NCBI GenBank assembly: GCA_963707655.1
Contig: OY970172.1
Span: 64,001-128,000, forward strand
Source: an uncultured bacterium
GTDB lineage: Bacteria > Babelota > Babeliae > Babelales > Vermiphilaceae
Direction: 5' to 3'
DNA length: 64,000 nucleotides
Shown: positions 1 through 9,395 of the stretch, in pieces
Layout of the letters: each line of letters opens with the position of its first letter
Position numbering within the stretch: position 1 is the first letter of the stretch
Translations under genes and position numbers: made by a program
Notes under the pieces: model-generated
The model's input: only the letters and a program-made list of their open reading frames with translations
Told to the model about the DNA's origin: nothing
Databases searched by the model: none

Positions 1-456
1 ATTCTCTCGTCTTCCCGTTACAAAAAAAATTGTTATCCCCTTGCTTTGTATGAAGTGATACAGCTCAAGCATAGCGGGAATTGCTTTTTTGGGTGTTTTT
101 TCCCATTTATGAAAGGTTTTTGGGTTATAGCCAAAATTATTGTCCTGGCTGTAATCAAATGAACAGATGACCGTATCATCAACATCAAATACCACCGCAG
201 CATTACAGGGCAATTGAATGCTATTCAGGTAGCGTCTTATGCTATCGGCCACACAGGCGACATCTTGCGCATATTTGCCTGATTGGTAATAATCTTTTAT
301 CTGTGCTTTGGCAACGTCAAGATTTTCAGGCGCGCGTATGGCACATTTATAAGCAGCATCGGTAGTGCATGTTTGATTATAAAGAGCACACGTATTGCCG
401 GTGATGCTGAGCAGCGTGAGTGCACCGAGTATACATTTTTTACTCATAGCTATCAT
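1..456 (-). CDS. HAD-superfamily secreted acid phosphatase, N-terminal part (runs off window start)
   Basis: Manual translation, not in the ORF track: M(IAM)SKKCILGALTLLSITG...AVVFDVDDTVICS...IFFVTGRREN. Has the HAD DxDxT motif, the TGR motif and a signal peptide. Start is 456 or 447. Confidence 0.8.
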   Translation of the reverse strand, partial: MIAMSKKCILGALTLLSITGNTCALYNQTCTTDAAYKCAIRAPENLDVAKAQIKDYYQSGKYAQDVACVADSIRRYLNSIQLPCNAAVVFDVDDTVICSFDYSQDNNFGYNPKTFHKWEKTPKKAIPAMLELYHFIQSKGITIFFVTGRREN

Positions 457-474
457 GCCCTTCTCCGCATTTTT

Positions 475-1344
475 TTATGCTTTGTGATCGTATGCTTTTG
501 GCAATGTGCCGTTTGCTTTTTCATACAATATGGTCTTGAATACAGCGATCATGGTCCATGGAAAGGTTGACCCTATCGCGACCAATGGTGTTGCGGCCGC
601 TTTTAATGCGGGCGGGAAATTCAGGGGGTAATGTATTGTCAGAACATATGTCAGAGCGAGAGCGGCGCTTGTTAGTGCACCGAGCAACAGAAGGCCTATG
701 AGCGCAAAAATTGTTTTTTTAACTGTTTTCCAGCTTTGTTTCAATGCTGGCACGAAGTGCATATTGTCAATAGTGATGGCAGGGAAAAAATAAAATGTTA
801 TGGCTTCATATACTAGATAACCCAGTGCAGGGACTATTACAGACACGACTAATCTTATAGTGGGATACGCTGCTGGATTGCGGGTAAGAGGGATAAGAGA
901 GGGCACTAGAGTAAAACCTATAACTCCGATCAGGGCAAAAAATATTATTTTCAAGAGTGAATAACAAATCAAATTGCCTATTTTTGAAAATCCTTTACCC
1001 AAGCTGCTCAACATCGATGTGCGGCGCTTATGAATGAGGTGAGAGCTGTAATCAGTAATTGCTATGATAAGCATATAAAAAATAAAAAATGAGATGACGT
1101 TAACAATAAGCTGCAGTAAAACAAAAGATGAAAAAGAATGAGTTATGCCCGCGCTGTAATTGCCCTCTATAGTAATTTGCTCATTTATTGTTTGTGCGTT
1201 TATGTTGAGTGAAGGAAACAAAAATCGGTTCATAAGAGAATGTGCAATGCTGTAAAGCGCGATATACAAAAATAATTGTGCGTGCCTGAAACTAAATACA
1301 ATACTTTGTATAAATGTTCTTATTCCCATTATCAATTGATTCAT
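475..1344 (-). CDS. Multi-pass membrane protein (6-7 TM)
   Basis: Hydrophobic ORF; ATG at 1344 is preceded by ACAGGAG. Confidence 0.7.
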   Translation of the reverse strand: MNQLIMGIRTFIQSIVFSFRHAQLFLYIALYSIAHSLMNRFLFPSLNINAQTINEQITIEGNYSAGITHSFSSFVLLQLIVNVISFFIFYMLIIAITDYSSHLIHKRRTSMLSSLGKGFSKIGNLICYSLLKIIFFALIGVIGFTLVPSLIPLTRNPAAYPTIRLVVSVIVPALGYLVYEAITFYFFPAITIDNMHFVPALKQSWKTVKKTIFALIGLLLLGALTSAALALTYVLTIHYPLNFPPALKAAATPLVAIGSTFPWTMIAVFKTILYEKANGTLPKAYDHKA

Positions 1345-1497
1345 TTTTTCTCCTGTATTAAAACATGTTATTTTCTTTATACCATGTGCAAATTGGCAAA
1401 AGCAATGATGCATCAAAATGAACAAAAAAAAAGAGGCAGGAAAAAGATCATCCCGTATCTTTTTTCCTGCCTTTGAATACTATGAATGAGCATTTAT

Positions 1498-2154
1498 TTA
1501 TGATTGTTGCTCAAAACTTGCGCGGAGCATCCAGGCGATTTTTTCATGTTTGTTGATCATTTCTGTTAAGAAATTATTGGTGCCGATATCTTCGAACTCA
1601 AGACATTTTTCAGCATCAATGCGCATTGATCTTATAATCGCTTCATGATCCAAAAGGAGATTTTTGAGCATCTCTTTGGTGGTGGGGACTATGCCCGGCT
1701 CTTCTTTGAGCTGGCTGTGTTTAATAAATTCGTGCGCGGTGCCCAAGGCAATGGCGCCAAGAGTTCGTGCACGCTCAGCTACATCATCAGAGAAATCAAG
1801 TTGTTTTTCATACAATTCTTTGAAGAACTTGTGCATGGCATCAAAGTATAAGTCGCGGACATTCCAATGATAATTTAACGTTTTGATGTATAACACAAAT
1901 TCATCGGCGAGTAGTTGGTTAAGCAAAGCGCCTACACCTTCACGGTTTTGCTGCGAGATGCCGATATTTGGCTGTATGGCCGGTTGATTTGCATGCATGT
2001 TCATTTCCTCATTTGTTTCGGGGATATTACTTATATTTTGCCCCAATTGTACCGCATTATTATTGTCTTGATCAACTATTTTTTCTTGACAATACAATGC
2101 ACTATTAATTGTTAACCCTGCGATACTCAAAAATAATAAAGAACAAATTTTCAT
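1498..2154 (-). CDS. dps: Dps family ferritin-like protein with N-terminal signal peptide/extension
   Basis: PNIGI, NYHWNV, DDVAERARTLG and HEKIAWMLR motifs; AAGGAG RBS before 2154. Confidence 0.92.
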   Translation of the reverse strand: MKICSLLFLSIAGLTINSALYCQEKIVDQDNNNAVQLGQNISNIPETNEEMNMHANQPAIQPNIGISQQNREGVGALLNQLLADEFVLYIKTLNYHWNVRDLYFDAMHKFFKELYEKQLDFSDDVAERARTLGAIALGTAHEFIKHSQLKEEPGIVPTTKEMLKNLLLDHEAIIRSMRIDAEKCLEFEDIGTNNFLTEMINKHEKIAWMLRASFEQQS

Positions 2155-2258
2155 GAATATAAACTCCTTTTAATTATGTTGCATTGTTACCAATTCTAAC
2201 AACAATTGATTTTCAATCGCAATATGTTTGGGTTGTTGCATATATAAGTATTATTTTT

Positions 2259-3602
2259 TCATGATTTATAAAAGAGATGCTCAAACGCTTGATGCACGCT
2301 GGGATGTACGATGGAAATCTCTTCCATTATGGCTTGATCAGAAGCGCGTAGAATTTTTATTGGATTTCTGTTTTTGCTGAGTTGATACCGTTTATGCATA
2401 CATTTTTTTAAGGAATAAAACAAATTTGCCTGATCAAGTGTTGCGCATTCAGCAAAATAATGAAAAGATCTTTCTGGTATTGCGTTAACAAGTGCCCAAA
2501 GCCTTAATGGATGAGAAAATGAAGCTGCCGCGAGTATTTGTTGAGTAGGGTGAAATGCAAGAGAGGTAGTGGTTTTACCATCGCCTTGTATAGTATGCAA
2601 TAGATTTCCGGTGTGAGGATCAAAAAGGTTTATTGTGCCGTCATCGCAAGCAGCCGTAAGTACCGTGCCGGTAGCATTGAACTGTATCGATGTTACGGCA
2701 GCAGGACATATAAGCCGTCGAAATGCTTTGCTTGCGCTTATATTGTTATTGTCTATTTCCCATATTTTAACAGTTTTGTTTGTTGAGCCGGATGCAAGCA
2801 AGGTGTCGTCGGGGCTAAATGCCAATGAGGTTACGCACTGAAAAGAAAAGAGGGACGGATGACTTAATTGACAGCTCTCTTTCCCTGCCAGAAGCGACCA
2901 AAGTTTGAGAAATGCTCCCGCGCAAGCGAGTGTATTGCCATCATTGCTAAAGACAAGTCTATCAAGAGTCGGGTCACCGATATTTCCATCATGATTGAGG
3001 GTGAATAATTCCTGCATATTCAAATAATTACATATTTTTATTTTGTCTCCATAAGGCGAAGCATAAGCCAATGTTGTGTTGATTGGATTTATGGCTACGT
3101 GCTTAATAAAATGAAGTCCTGATTGCTGTAGCGCAGTGTTCGGAGGTGCATCGAAGCACAATGACCTATCAATAACTGCCATTAATCGAGCATCTTTTTC
3201 GCTGCGGCTGTATGTCAGACATGAGGTCTTGCGGGCACGGGAGTATGTGCGAACTCGTGTATAGTGTTCGAGATCAAGAACGGACATTGTTTCATGGCCA
3301 TCATAAAAGGCTATCTCGTTACCATTGGGATTAAAGGCTACGCGCGGGATGCGCGAAAAAACAGGTGTTTCCGTATCAAACGTATATTGAAATATTTGCT
3401 CAGGACGCAGGCTATTTTTTCCAACGGGATTTCCAACGAGATAAGAAACTATTTTTGCCTGCGTTGCAGTCGGCAATAGCTTTGCGAACTTGAGTGCTTC
3501 TTGGCAAGACATTGTGTTACATGATACAAATGGCGCAGGCGTATCTTCAGCGGAGTACGAGCGAGCGACAATTATCAGAGTAAGGAGAGTGAAGTGCTTC
3601 AT
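2259..3602 (-). CDS. WD40-repeat protein with signal peptide (candidate effector)
   Basis: Repeats such as VTSLAFSPDDTLLASGSTNKTVKIWE and TSLAFHPTQQILAAAS; hydrophobic N-terminus. Confidence 0.88.
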   Translation of the reverse strand: MKHFTLLTLIIVARSYSAEDTPAPFVSCNTMSCQEALKFAKLLPTATQAKIVSYLVGNPVGKNSLRPEQIFQYTFDTETPVFSRIPRVAFNPNGNEIAFYDGHETMSVLDLEHYTRVRTYSRARKTSCLTYSRSEKDARLMAVIDRSLCFDAPPNTALQQSGLHFIKHVAINPINTTLAYASPYGDKIKICNYLNMQELFTLNHDGNIGDPTLDRLVFSNDGNTLACAGAFLKLWSLLAGKESCQLSHPSLFSFQCVTSLAFSPDDTLLASGSTNKTVKIWEIDNNNISASKAFRRLICPAAVTSIQFNATGTVLTAACDDGTINLFDPHTGNLLHTIQGDGKTTTSLAFHPTQQILAAASFSHPLRLWALVNAIPERSFHYFAECATLDQANLFYSLKKCMHKRYQLSKNRNPIKILRASDQAIMEEISIVHPSVHQAFEHLFYKS

Positions 3603-3665
3603 CCAAAAATTCCTTCTTCAGGGGAACCTGTCTTCATTTCCATCATAGTTTTTTTATGAACAACA

Positions 3666-3717
3666 ACAGCCTACGACTCTTGCCGCTAATGTCAATTCTC
3701 TTCCTCAGAAGAAATGG
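3666..3717. repeat. ~50 bp imperfect direct repeat, second copy at 4399-4449
   Basis: ACAGCCTACGA...TAATGTCAATT(C/G)TCTTCCTCAGAAGAAATGG occurs twice. Confidence 0.85.
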
Positions 3718-3902
3718 TTTTGCCATTGGATTCGTCGAAACTTGGCAGAAAGGTCAGGGCAGTGGATATATCTGGACAGATTTTATGAGAAGAAATGGCC
3801 CGCAGATAGATTCTTGGGGAAATGGTAAGAGTAGAGTTGCTGGGAAGTATTTATCGCCCTACTACGCACGAGGCTTGGAAGGGCATACTTCGCTTAGTGC
3901 TA

Positions 3903-3969
3903 TCAATTTCAATTTATTGCGAAGTGTTTCCTTGAAAGACGCTGGCCTGCCATACGAAGCTTTTAGCGA
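3903..3969. repeat. ~65 bp imperfect direct repeat, second copy at 4281-4346
   Basis: TCAATTTCAATTTATTGC...TGGCCTGCCATACGAAGCTTT(T)AGCGA occurs twice. Confidence 0.85.
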
Positions 3970-3976
3970 AGTATGG
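3943..3976 (-). repeat. CCA-anchored palindromic element after tRNA-Ser(TGA)
   Basis: Minus strand reads CCATAC-TTC-GC-TAAAA-GC-TTC-GTATGG-C-AG-GCCA. Confidence 0.8.
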
Positions 3977-4065
3977 AGGAGAGAGAGGGATTCGAACCCT
4001 CGATGCCGTTCTCACGGCATAACGGTTTTCAAGACCGCCGCAATCGACCACTCTGCCATCTCTCC
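3974..4065 (-). tRNA. tRNA-Ser(TGA)
   Basis: GGAGAGA acceptor, anticodon arm GCGGT-CT-TGA-AA-ACCGT, long variable arm, TTCGAA, encoded CCA. Confidence 0.96.
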
Positions 4066-4131
4066 GTTTTTCAAGATTATAATTTCAATGTATGCGCAGT
4101 GAAGGGCCAGTAATTTATGTATTTCATTTAC

Positions 4132-4194
4132 TGGCGTCAGCCACTCGTAGTTTGCCAAGCAGGGCGAAGCGCCGCATGGATAAACGAAGAGTGG
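4132..4194 (-). repeat. CCA-anchored palindromic element after tRNA-Arg
   Basis: Minus strand reads CCACTC-TTC-GTTT...AAAC-TAC-GAGTGG-C-TGAC-GCCA. Confidence 0.8.
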
Positions 4195-4268
4195 TGCGCC
4201 TATTAGGAGTCGAACCTAAAACCTTCAGATCCGTAGTCTGACGCTCTATCCAATTGAGCTATAGGCGC
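4192..4268 (-). tRNA. tRNA-Arg(ACG)
   Basis: Cloverleaf with TCAGA-CT-ACG-GA-TCTGA and encoded CCA. Confidence 0.96.
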
Positions 4269-4446
4269 ATATTTCAATATTCAATTTCAATTTATTGCTA
4301 AGAGCTTCCCTTAAAGGGATTGGCCTGCCATACGAAGCTTTAGCGATACAGTCCAGTCTTCGCTTATCCGGGCCTTCAGGCTCGGCAAGCTATGACGGAC
4401 AGCCTACGATCTTGCTATTAATGTCAATTGTCTTCCTCAGAAGAAA

Positions 4447-4480
4447 TGGCGCTGCCAGCCGGAGCCTTGGCGTAGGCTGG
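4447..4480 (-). repeat. CCA-anchored palindromic element after tRNA-Ser(GCT)
   Basis: Minus strand reads CCAGCC-TAC-GCC-AA-GGC-TCC-GGCTGG-C-AGC-GCCA. Confidence 0.8.
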
Positions 4481-4570
4481 TGGAGAGAGAGGGATTCGAA
4501 CCCTCGCGCCCGGAATTACCCAGACTCTTGCTTAGCAGGCAAGCGCTTTAAGCCACTCAGCCATCTCTCC
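4478..4570 (-). tRNA. tRNA-Ser(GCT)
   Basis: CTTGC-CT-GCT-AA-GCAAG anticodon arm, long variable arm, CCA. Confidence 0.96.
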
Positions 4571-4804
4571 TCTGGCATTTCAAATAAATTTTATTGCAAC
4601 TCATAAAAGGATAAAGTATACCATATTTAATGCAATAATATTTTAAAAACTTAAGATATTGTAGCTGATTTTTTAGTGTTTGTATACTGGATACAATGAT
4701 TTTTGCTGCTTTATTCTACTTCGCCATAAAATTCTAGGGCTTTAGGCTGGAGATAAAAATGCGAGTAGAACTCTTAGAAGCCTTGGCGTAGTAGGGTCAG
4801 AGCC

Positions 4805-5116
4805 ATGAAACATTCAAGGATGCATTTGATTATCGAAATTAAAGTGGTGCCGAGCTCGGGAAAAATGCAATGGAAGCTGAATAAGGCGGAGCAATTGGTT
4901 TGTTATTTAAAGAGCCCGCCAGAGCGGGGCTTGGCAAATCATGAGCTCATTAAAGAGCTTTCAAAGGCATTAAAGATAGCCAGGGTAAATATTAGCATCG
5001 CTACCGGCCAAACATCACGGCTGAAAAGAATTGAAATTAAAGATGCTTCTATAACCTATGCTGATGTATTGCGATCCTTGGGAATCGAGCCGCAGTTGTC
5101 ACTTTTCAAGACATAA
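4805..5116 (+). CDS. DUF167/YggU family protein
   Basis: IKVVPSS...SPPERGLANHELIKELSK...IATGQTSRLK pattern; start may be 4820. Confidence 0.88.
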   Translation: MKHSRMHLIIEIKVVPSSGKMQWKLNKAEQLVCYLKSPPERGLANHELIKELSKALKIARVNISIATGQTSRLKRIEIKDASITYADVLRSLGIEPQLSLFKT

Positions 5117-5134
5117 GAAAGAAGGAAAACAACA

Positions 5135-6337
5135 ATGCCTTATTATGCATGGCAAGGAGTTACGCTTGCGGGTACCGTGCGTAGGGGGAAGATGTTTGCG
5201 CAATCACGCGAACATTTGGATAAACTTTTGTTTGAGCAGGAAATCGCGCTTCTTAAAGCAAAGCATGTTTCTGTCTGGTCCATTTCTGGCGTGCCTATTG
5301 CCACGCGATTACTCTTTTTTGATTCGTTAAAACACTTGTTGAAGGCCGGCCTGCGCTTGCCCGATTCTTTGCGCGTATTGAGTGAGCAGCAGAGTTCATC
5401 GGTGCAATTTCAAGCGGCAATTTATGCTATTGCCCATGACATTGATCATGGAAAAAGTCTCAGAGTTGCATTTCAGGCATATCCGGCATGGATCGATGAA
5501 ATTACGGTGGCGATGTTACAGATTGGTCAAGAATCGGGCTCTTTGCCACGCGCGCTTGAATTGATTACCCATCGCCTGCACTGTTCTATCCAATGGCGTA
5601 AAAAAATAAAAGCGGCAGCGCTGATGCCGATTATTACTTTGGCGTTTTTCTGTGCGGTTGTAGCACTTGTCTTTGTGATCATTATTCCCTCATTCTCATC
5701 ATTGCTTGCATCTCGGAAAGAAGCATTGCCGCTCTTCACCCATATTTTATTGCGAATGAGCAAGGCGATGACCAATGGTCGCTTCATGTTCTGGTCAATA
5801 AGCGCGGCGGCGCTGCTTGCCGTTGCGGCCCGTTGCGCAATAAAGACGAGTAGAGGGAGAAAGGCTTTAGATTTTTTATTGCTACACATTCCTTTTGTTT
5901 CATTGCTTATCAGGATGAAAGAGTATGCACTTTTCTTCCAGGCGCTTTCGCTTGTTATGCAACAGGGCGGGCATATTGCCATAGCCTTTCCCCTGGCAAG
6001 AGGTACGGTGCGCAATTGGTACGTGAGACAGGAGCTCTATCTTCTTGAGCAGGATGTAATGAGTGGAACTTCGCTGCACAAGGCAATGAGAACGCATAAC
6101 TTTTTCTCTCCTGAAAGTTGCGCCTTGGTGGGCATAGGAGAAGAAACCGGATCGTTAAGCATTATGCTTGAGCAGGTTTCTCGCGCTTATCAGGAGCGGG
6201 TAGACAAGCAGCTGGCAACCATGACAACGCTCTTTCAGCCACTGCTCTTGCTTGCGTTGGGATTATTGGTTGCGGCGCTTATTTTTGCTATTTATATTCC
6301 TCTTTTCCAGATGCCGGATAGCTATACATTTATGTAG
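5135..6337 (+). CDS. Type II secretion system F / PilC inner-membrane platform protein
   Basis: MPYYAWQG start, two T2SSF repeats (IGQESGSL, IGEETGSL) and C-terminal IYIPLF. Confidence 0.9.
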   Translation: MPYYAWQGVTLAGTVRRGKMFAQSREHLDKLLFEQEIALLKAKHVSVWSISGVPIATRLLFFDSLKHLLKAGLRLPDSLRVLSEQQSSSVQFQAAIYAIAHDIDHGKSLRVAFQAYPAWIDEITVAMLQIGQESGSLPRALELITHRLHCSIQWRKKIKAAALMPIITLAFFCAVVALVFVIIIPSFSSLLASRKEALPLFTHILLRMSKAMTNGRFMFWSISAAALLAVAARCAIKTSRGRKALDFLLLHIPFVSLLIRMKEYALFFQALSLVMQQGGHIAIAFPLARGTVRNWYVRQELYLLEQDVMSGTSLHKAMRTHNFFSPESCALVGIGEETGSLSIMLEQVSRAYQERVDKQLATMTTLFQPLLLLALGLLVAALIFAIYIPLFQMPDSYTFM

Positions 6338-6391
6338 GTTGTTTTATACTGTTTGTATAATAAATTTTTATTTTTATCTGGAGCTTATCAG

Positions 6392-8551
6392 ATGGTTACT
6401 GCATCGCATTTCAAAAAAAGCATCTTCTTTTTCGGTTTCTTTATCTTTGGTCACTCTACACAAGCAAGTATGTTTGTTCCTAATTTTGCGAAAAGCAGTG
6501 CAAATAATGCTACTCAGATTTGGCACAAAGAAGCAGAGATAGAAAAGCTTTTAGCGCTTGTGGCACCAGTATCAGGAGCTACCATTATACAAGAAAATGA
6601 ATGGAAAGAGCTTTTGTGCAATGCGATGATAGCAAAAATTAATCGCACGAATACCAGCTTTGGTGCGTGGGGATTAAAGCGAAGCTTTCACCCGGTTTCA
6701 GATGCTGTTGAGCTACGAGCCAGAAGGCAAAGAGTGCGTGATCTTGTTGAGCATGAAGAACTGTACACAAAATTACGGGATGCGTTAATCACTATCAAAG
6801 ACAATGAAGATGCGCTGTTATCATATTATAACGATACGAATGTGCTTCATAATGAAGCAAACAAAAGTTATTACTCGATTTTATTCCCCTCATATTTAAA
6901 TAAGAACAAGCTTGCCCTCGATGTATCTTTTGCTGTCGATTTAGCCAAGTATGGCTCTATGGCAGCTGCTTTTTTGGGAGTCTCCGGTATACTCAGCAAG
7001 CTCCACGCACCTGATCCTGCTGCCATGAGAAAAATACAGAACTTTAAAAATGAAGTTGCTCCTTTGGCCAATGGTGAAGACGTCATGGGCTGTAAGTACA
7101 TATGGGAACAATTATTTAAGCAGCCGGCGCAGGGTGAATCTTTGTGGGGCTCTTTTAAAAAAGGGTTAATGGCGCCGTTCGTAGCTCATGTTCCTTGGCC
7201 AGTTCGTTTTGCAGATGCCAATGAGCGCGATCTGATGCTTCAGCATCCGGCTCATTACGCGAATGCTATAGAAAATTCATTGGGTGATACTGTTGCGCTA
7301 TATACTGAAGGTTTTCAGTATCATAAGTCATTGGTGAAGATTGTTGCTTTGACTGGTCTAGCGATAAGTGATGCGCATGCGGCAACGGTGATGAAGGGGT
7401 TGGTGAGTATTGTTGCGTTTGGTGGTCTCGTGGCTAGTGATGCGCATGTGGCATTGATGCTGAAAATGAGTTTTGATCAATTGAAATCTGCTTGGGAAAT
7501 TTCTGATAAATTAAAAATTGAATTGGTAAAAGTTGCGCAGTTATTTAATGCTTTGGAAGCAATATGTTCAGCGGCAGAGCTATGTGAGAATCTTGAAGAG
7601 TCTGCTGCAATTGAGCATTTAAAGCAGCTATTTGATGCAAATAATGAATCATTGCATCCATTAATGACTCACATGCGTGAGATAGTCGATGGCTCTCAAT
7701 CGATATTTTATTCACGCGGTCGCATTTTGCTGCTGCACAAGTTGTTGCAAGATACAAAAGATGATTTGATTCCTTTCATGAATGATATTGCGCAGATTGA
7801 TGCGCTCGTTTCAATGGCTACCCTCTACAAAGAAGCTTCAGCTGAGCAGCCATGGTGCTTTGTTGATTTTGTTGATCATAAGAGGCCAATGATTAGAGCA
7901 GAAGATTTTTGGTTGCCACTCATACACACTGACAGTGTGGTGTTAAATTCAATTTCTTTGGGAGATAACGTTCCCGGAAAAGTGGTATTGACGGGGCCAA
8001 ATGGCGGGGGCAAATCAACAATTATGAAGGCTATTGCTCATCAAATTATTTTTGCACAGTCATGGGGTATAGCTCCTGCACGCGGTTCGCAGATGTCTTT
8101 GTTTACCGGGTTACGCACGGCATTGAATCCACAGGAAGATATTAAGCGTGGTCTTTCTACCTTCATGGCGCAAAAATTGCGCATGCAAGAAATAACAGAT
8201 TTTATTAGGTCATCGAAAGCGGACGATGTTTTGTTTGTACTGGTTGATGAGCCGTTTCGCGGTACGGTTGAAGCAGAATCACAAAAAAGAGTGTGCAGCT
8301 TTTCTCATGAAGTGGCATTGTATGACCAAACTCTGTTGATGATGGCTACACATTTTGAAAAGCCAACGCAGCTTGCTCTTTCTTTGCCCGCATATTATGC
8401 AAATTATCAATGTGAATTTACAAAAACTGATGATGGGCGCCTACAAAGAACCTATAAATTGCTTCCCGGAGCTGCTTTGTGGTGGTTTCATGACGATGCT
8501 ATGCGTAGCTTGTATATTGATTCTTTGGATTATACGAGCCTGGCAGCTTAA
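6392..8551 (+). CDS. MutS domain V-type ATPase protein with signal peptide and hydrophobic segments
   Basis: TGPNGGGKST, STFMAQ, VDEPFRGT and MATHF motifs; no mismatch-binding domain I; GGAG upstream of ATG 6392. Confidence 0.85.
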   Translation: MVTASHFKKSIFFFGFFIFGHSTQASMFVPNFAKSSANNATQIWHKEAEIEKLLALVAPVSGATIIQENEWKELLCNAMIAKINRTNTSFGAWGLKRSFHPVSDAVELRARRQRVRDLVEHEELYTKLRDALITIKDNEDALLSYYNDTNVLHNEANKSYYSILFPSYLNKNKLALDVSFAVDLAKYGSMAAAFLGVSGILSKLHAPDPAAMRKIQNFKNEVAPLANGEDVMGCKYIWEQLFKQPAQGESLWGSFKKGLMAPFVAHVPWPVRFADANERDLMLQHPAHYANAIENSLGDTVALYTEGFQYHKSLVKIVALTGLAISDAHAATVMKGLVSIVAFGGLVASDAHVALMLKMSFDQLKSAWEISDKLKIELVKVAQLFNALEAICSAAELCENLEESAAIEHLKQLFDANNESLHPLMTHMREIVDGSQSIFYSRGRILLLHKLLQDTKDDLIPFMNDIAQIDALVSMATLYKEASAEQPWCFVDFVDHKRPMIRAEDFWLPLIHTDSVVLNSISLGDNVPGKVVLTGPNGGGKSTIMKAIAHQIIFAQSWGIAPARGSQMSLFTGLRTALNPQEDIKRGLSTFMAQKLRMQEITDFIRSSKADDVLFVLVDEPFRGTVEAESQKRVCSFSHEVALYDQTLLMMATHFEKPTQLALSLPAYYANYQCEFTKTDDGRLQRTYKLLPGAALWWFHDDAMRSLYIDSLDYTSLAA

Positions 8552-8579
8552 GTTCTGTGGCTTTTTATTTTTCAAACAT

Positions 8580-8608
8580 TTGACGGAATCAGCTGTTTCT
8601 TATACAAT
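8580..8608 (+). promoter_or_regulatory. sigma70-type promoter for tRNA-Leu(CAA)
   Basis: TTGACG-17 nt-TACAAT. Confidence 0.75.
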
Positions 8609-8632
8609 TAATCGCAGTTAGAGTTGAAATAT

Positions 8633-8719
8633 GCCGGGATGGCGAAACTGGTAGACGCACGGGACTCAAAATCCCGCGGTGGCAACACCATGTCGGTTCG
8701 AGTCCGACTCCCGGCACCA
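8633..8719 (+). tRNA. tRNA-Leu(CAA)
   Basis: CGGGA-CT-CAA-AA-TCCCG, long variable arm, CCA. Confidence 0.96.
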
Positions 8720-8778
8720 GTCTTCGCCTACGTGGGAATGGCTTTGAAATGTAAGCTAGGATTCGTCTGGCGCTGCCA
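8717..8778 (+). repeat. CCA-anchored palindromic element after tRNA-Leu(CAA)
   Basis: CCAGTC-TTC-GCCTAC...GTAAGC...TTC-GTCTGG-C-GCT-GCCA. Confidence 0.72.
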
Positions 8779-8944
8779 GCCTATTTAAAGGATTGACAGA
8801 AGACTGGGTTTGCATCCTGCGTAGCTTAATAACACTCCAAAGTATTGCCATAAAGCGAAGCGGGACAAGCCAGTAAATGAAGTACATTAGATATAAAAAA
8901 GCTTGGTTCTCATCAGCGTTAGACCAGAAAAAATCAGAGAGTAA

Positions 8945-9298
8945 ATGGCAGATCTTAATTTTGATAAAAACTGTATCTTCTGCAAAATTATTGCGCGCGA
9001 AGTGCCCTCCGCTATTATTGCTGAAACTAATAACATTATAGTAATCAAAGATCTTTTTCCCAAAGCCCCCATTCATTATTTGATTATTCCCAAAAAGCAC
9101 GTGCAGGATATTCAATCATTACATGAAAATGATACTGCATTGGCGGGCGAGCTGATTTTGATGGCAAAGCAATTATCAACGCAGCTTAATGGTTCCAAGG
9201 CGTTTCGCTTACTGGTAAATTCAGGAGCAGATGTAGGGCAAAAAGTATTCCACCTTCATTTACATTTTCTTGCGGGTAAACAATTAACTGATTTTTAA
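8945..9298 (+). CDS. hinT: HIT family nucleotide-binding protein (HinT-like)
   Basis: CIFCKI and the HLHLH histidine triad. Confidence 0.93.
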   Translation: MADLNFDKNCIFCKIIAREVPSAIIAETNNIIVIKDLFPKAPIHYLIIPKKHVQDIQSLHENDTALAGELILMAKQLSTQLNGSKAFRLLVNSGADVGQKVFHLHLHFLAGKQLTDF

Positions 9299-9308
9299 GT
9301 ATCTATAT

Positions 9309-9395
9309 GCCGGGATGGCGAAATTGGCAGACGCACAGGCTTCAGGTGTCTGCGGTGGCAACACCATGTCGGTTCGAGTCCGACTCCCGGCACCA
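9309..9395 (+). tRNA. tRNA-Leu(CAG)
   Basis: CAGGC-TT-CAG-GT-GTCTG, long variable arm, CCA. Confidence 0.95.

Noticed and set aside
3700..3830. Recurring (A)GAAATGG as a possible CRISPR-like array
   Set aside because: The repeats are only 7-11 nt, irregularly spaced, and no cas genes are present.
3656..4606. Plus-strand ORFs 3656-4102 and 4295-4606 with similar peptides
   Set aside because: They are antisense to tRNA genes, and their similarity comes from the DNA repeats and the tRNA-Ser sequences.
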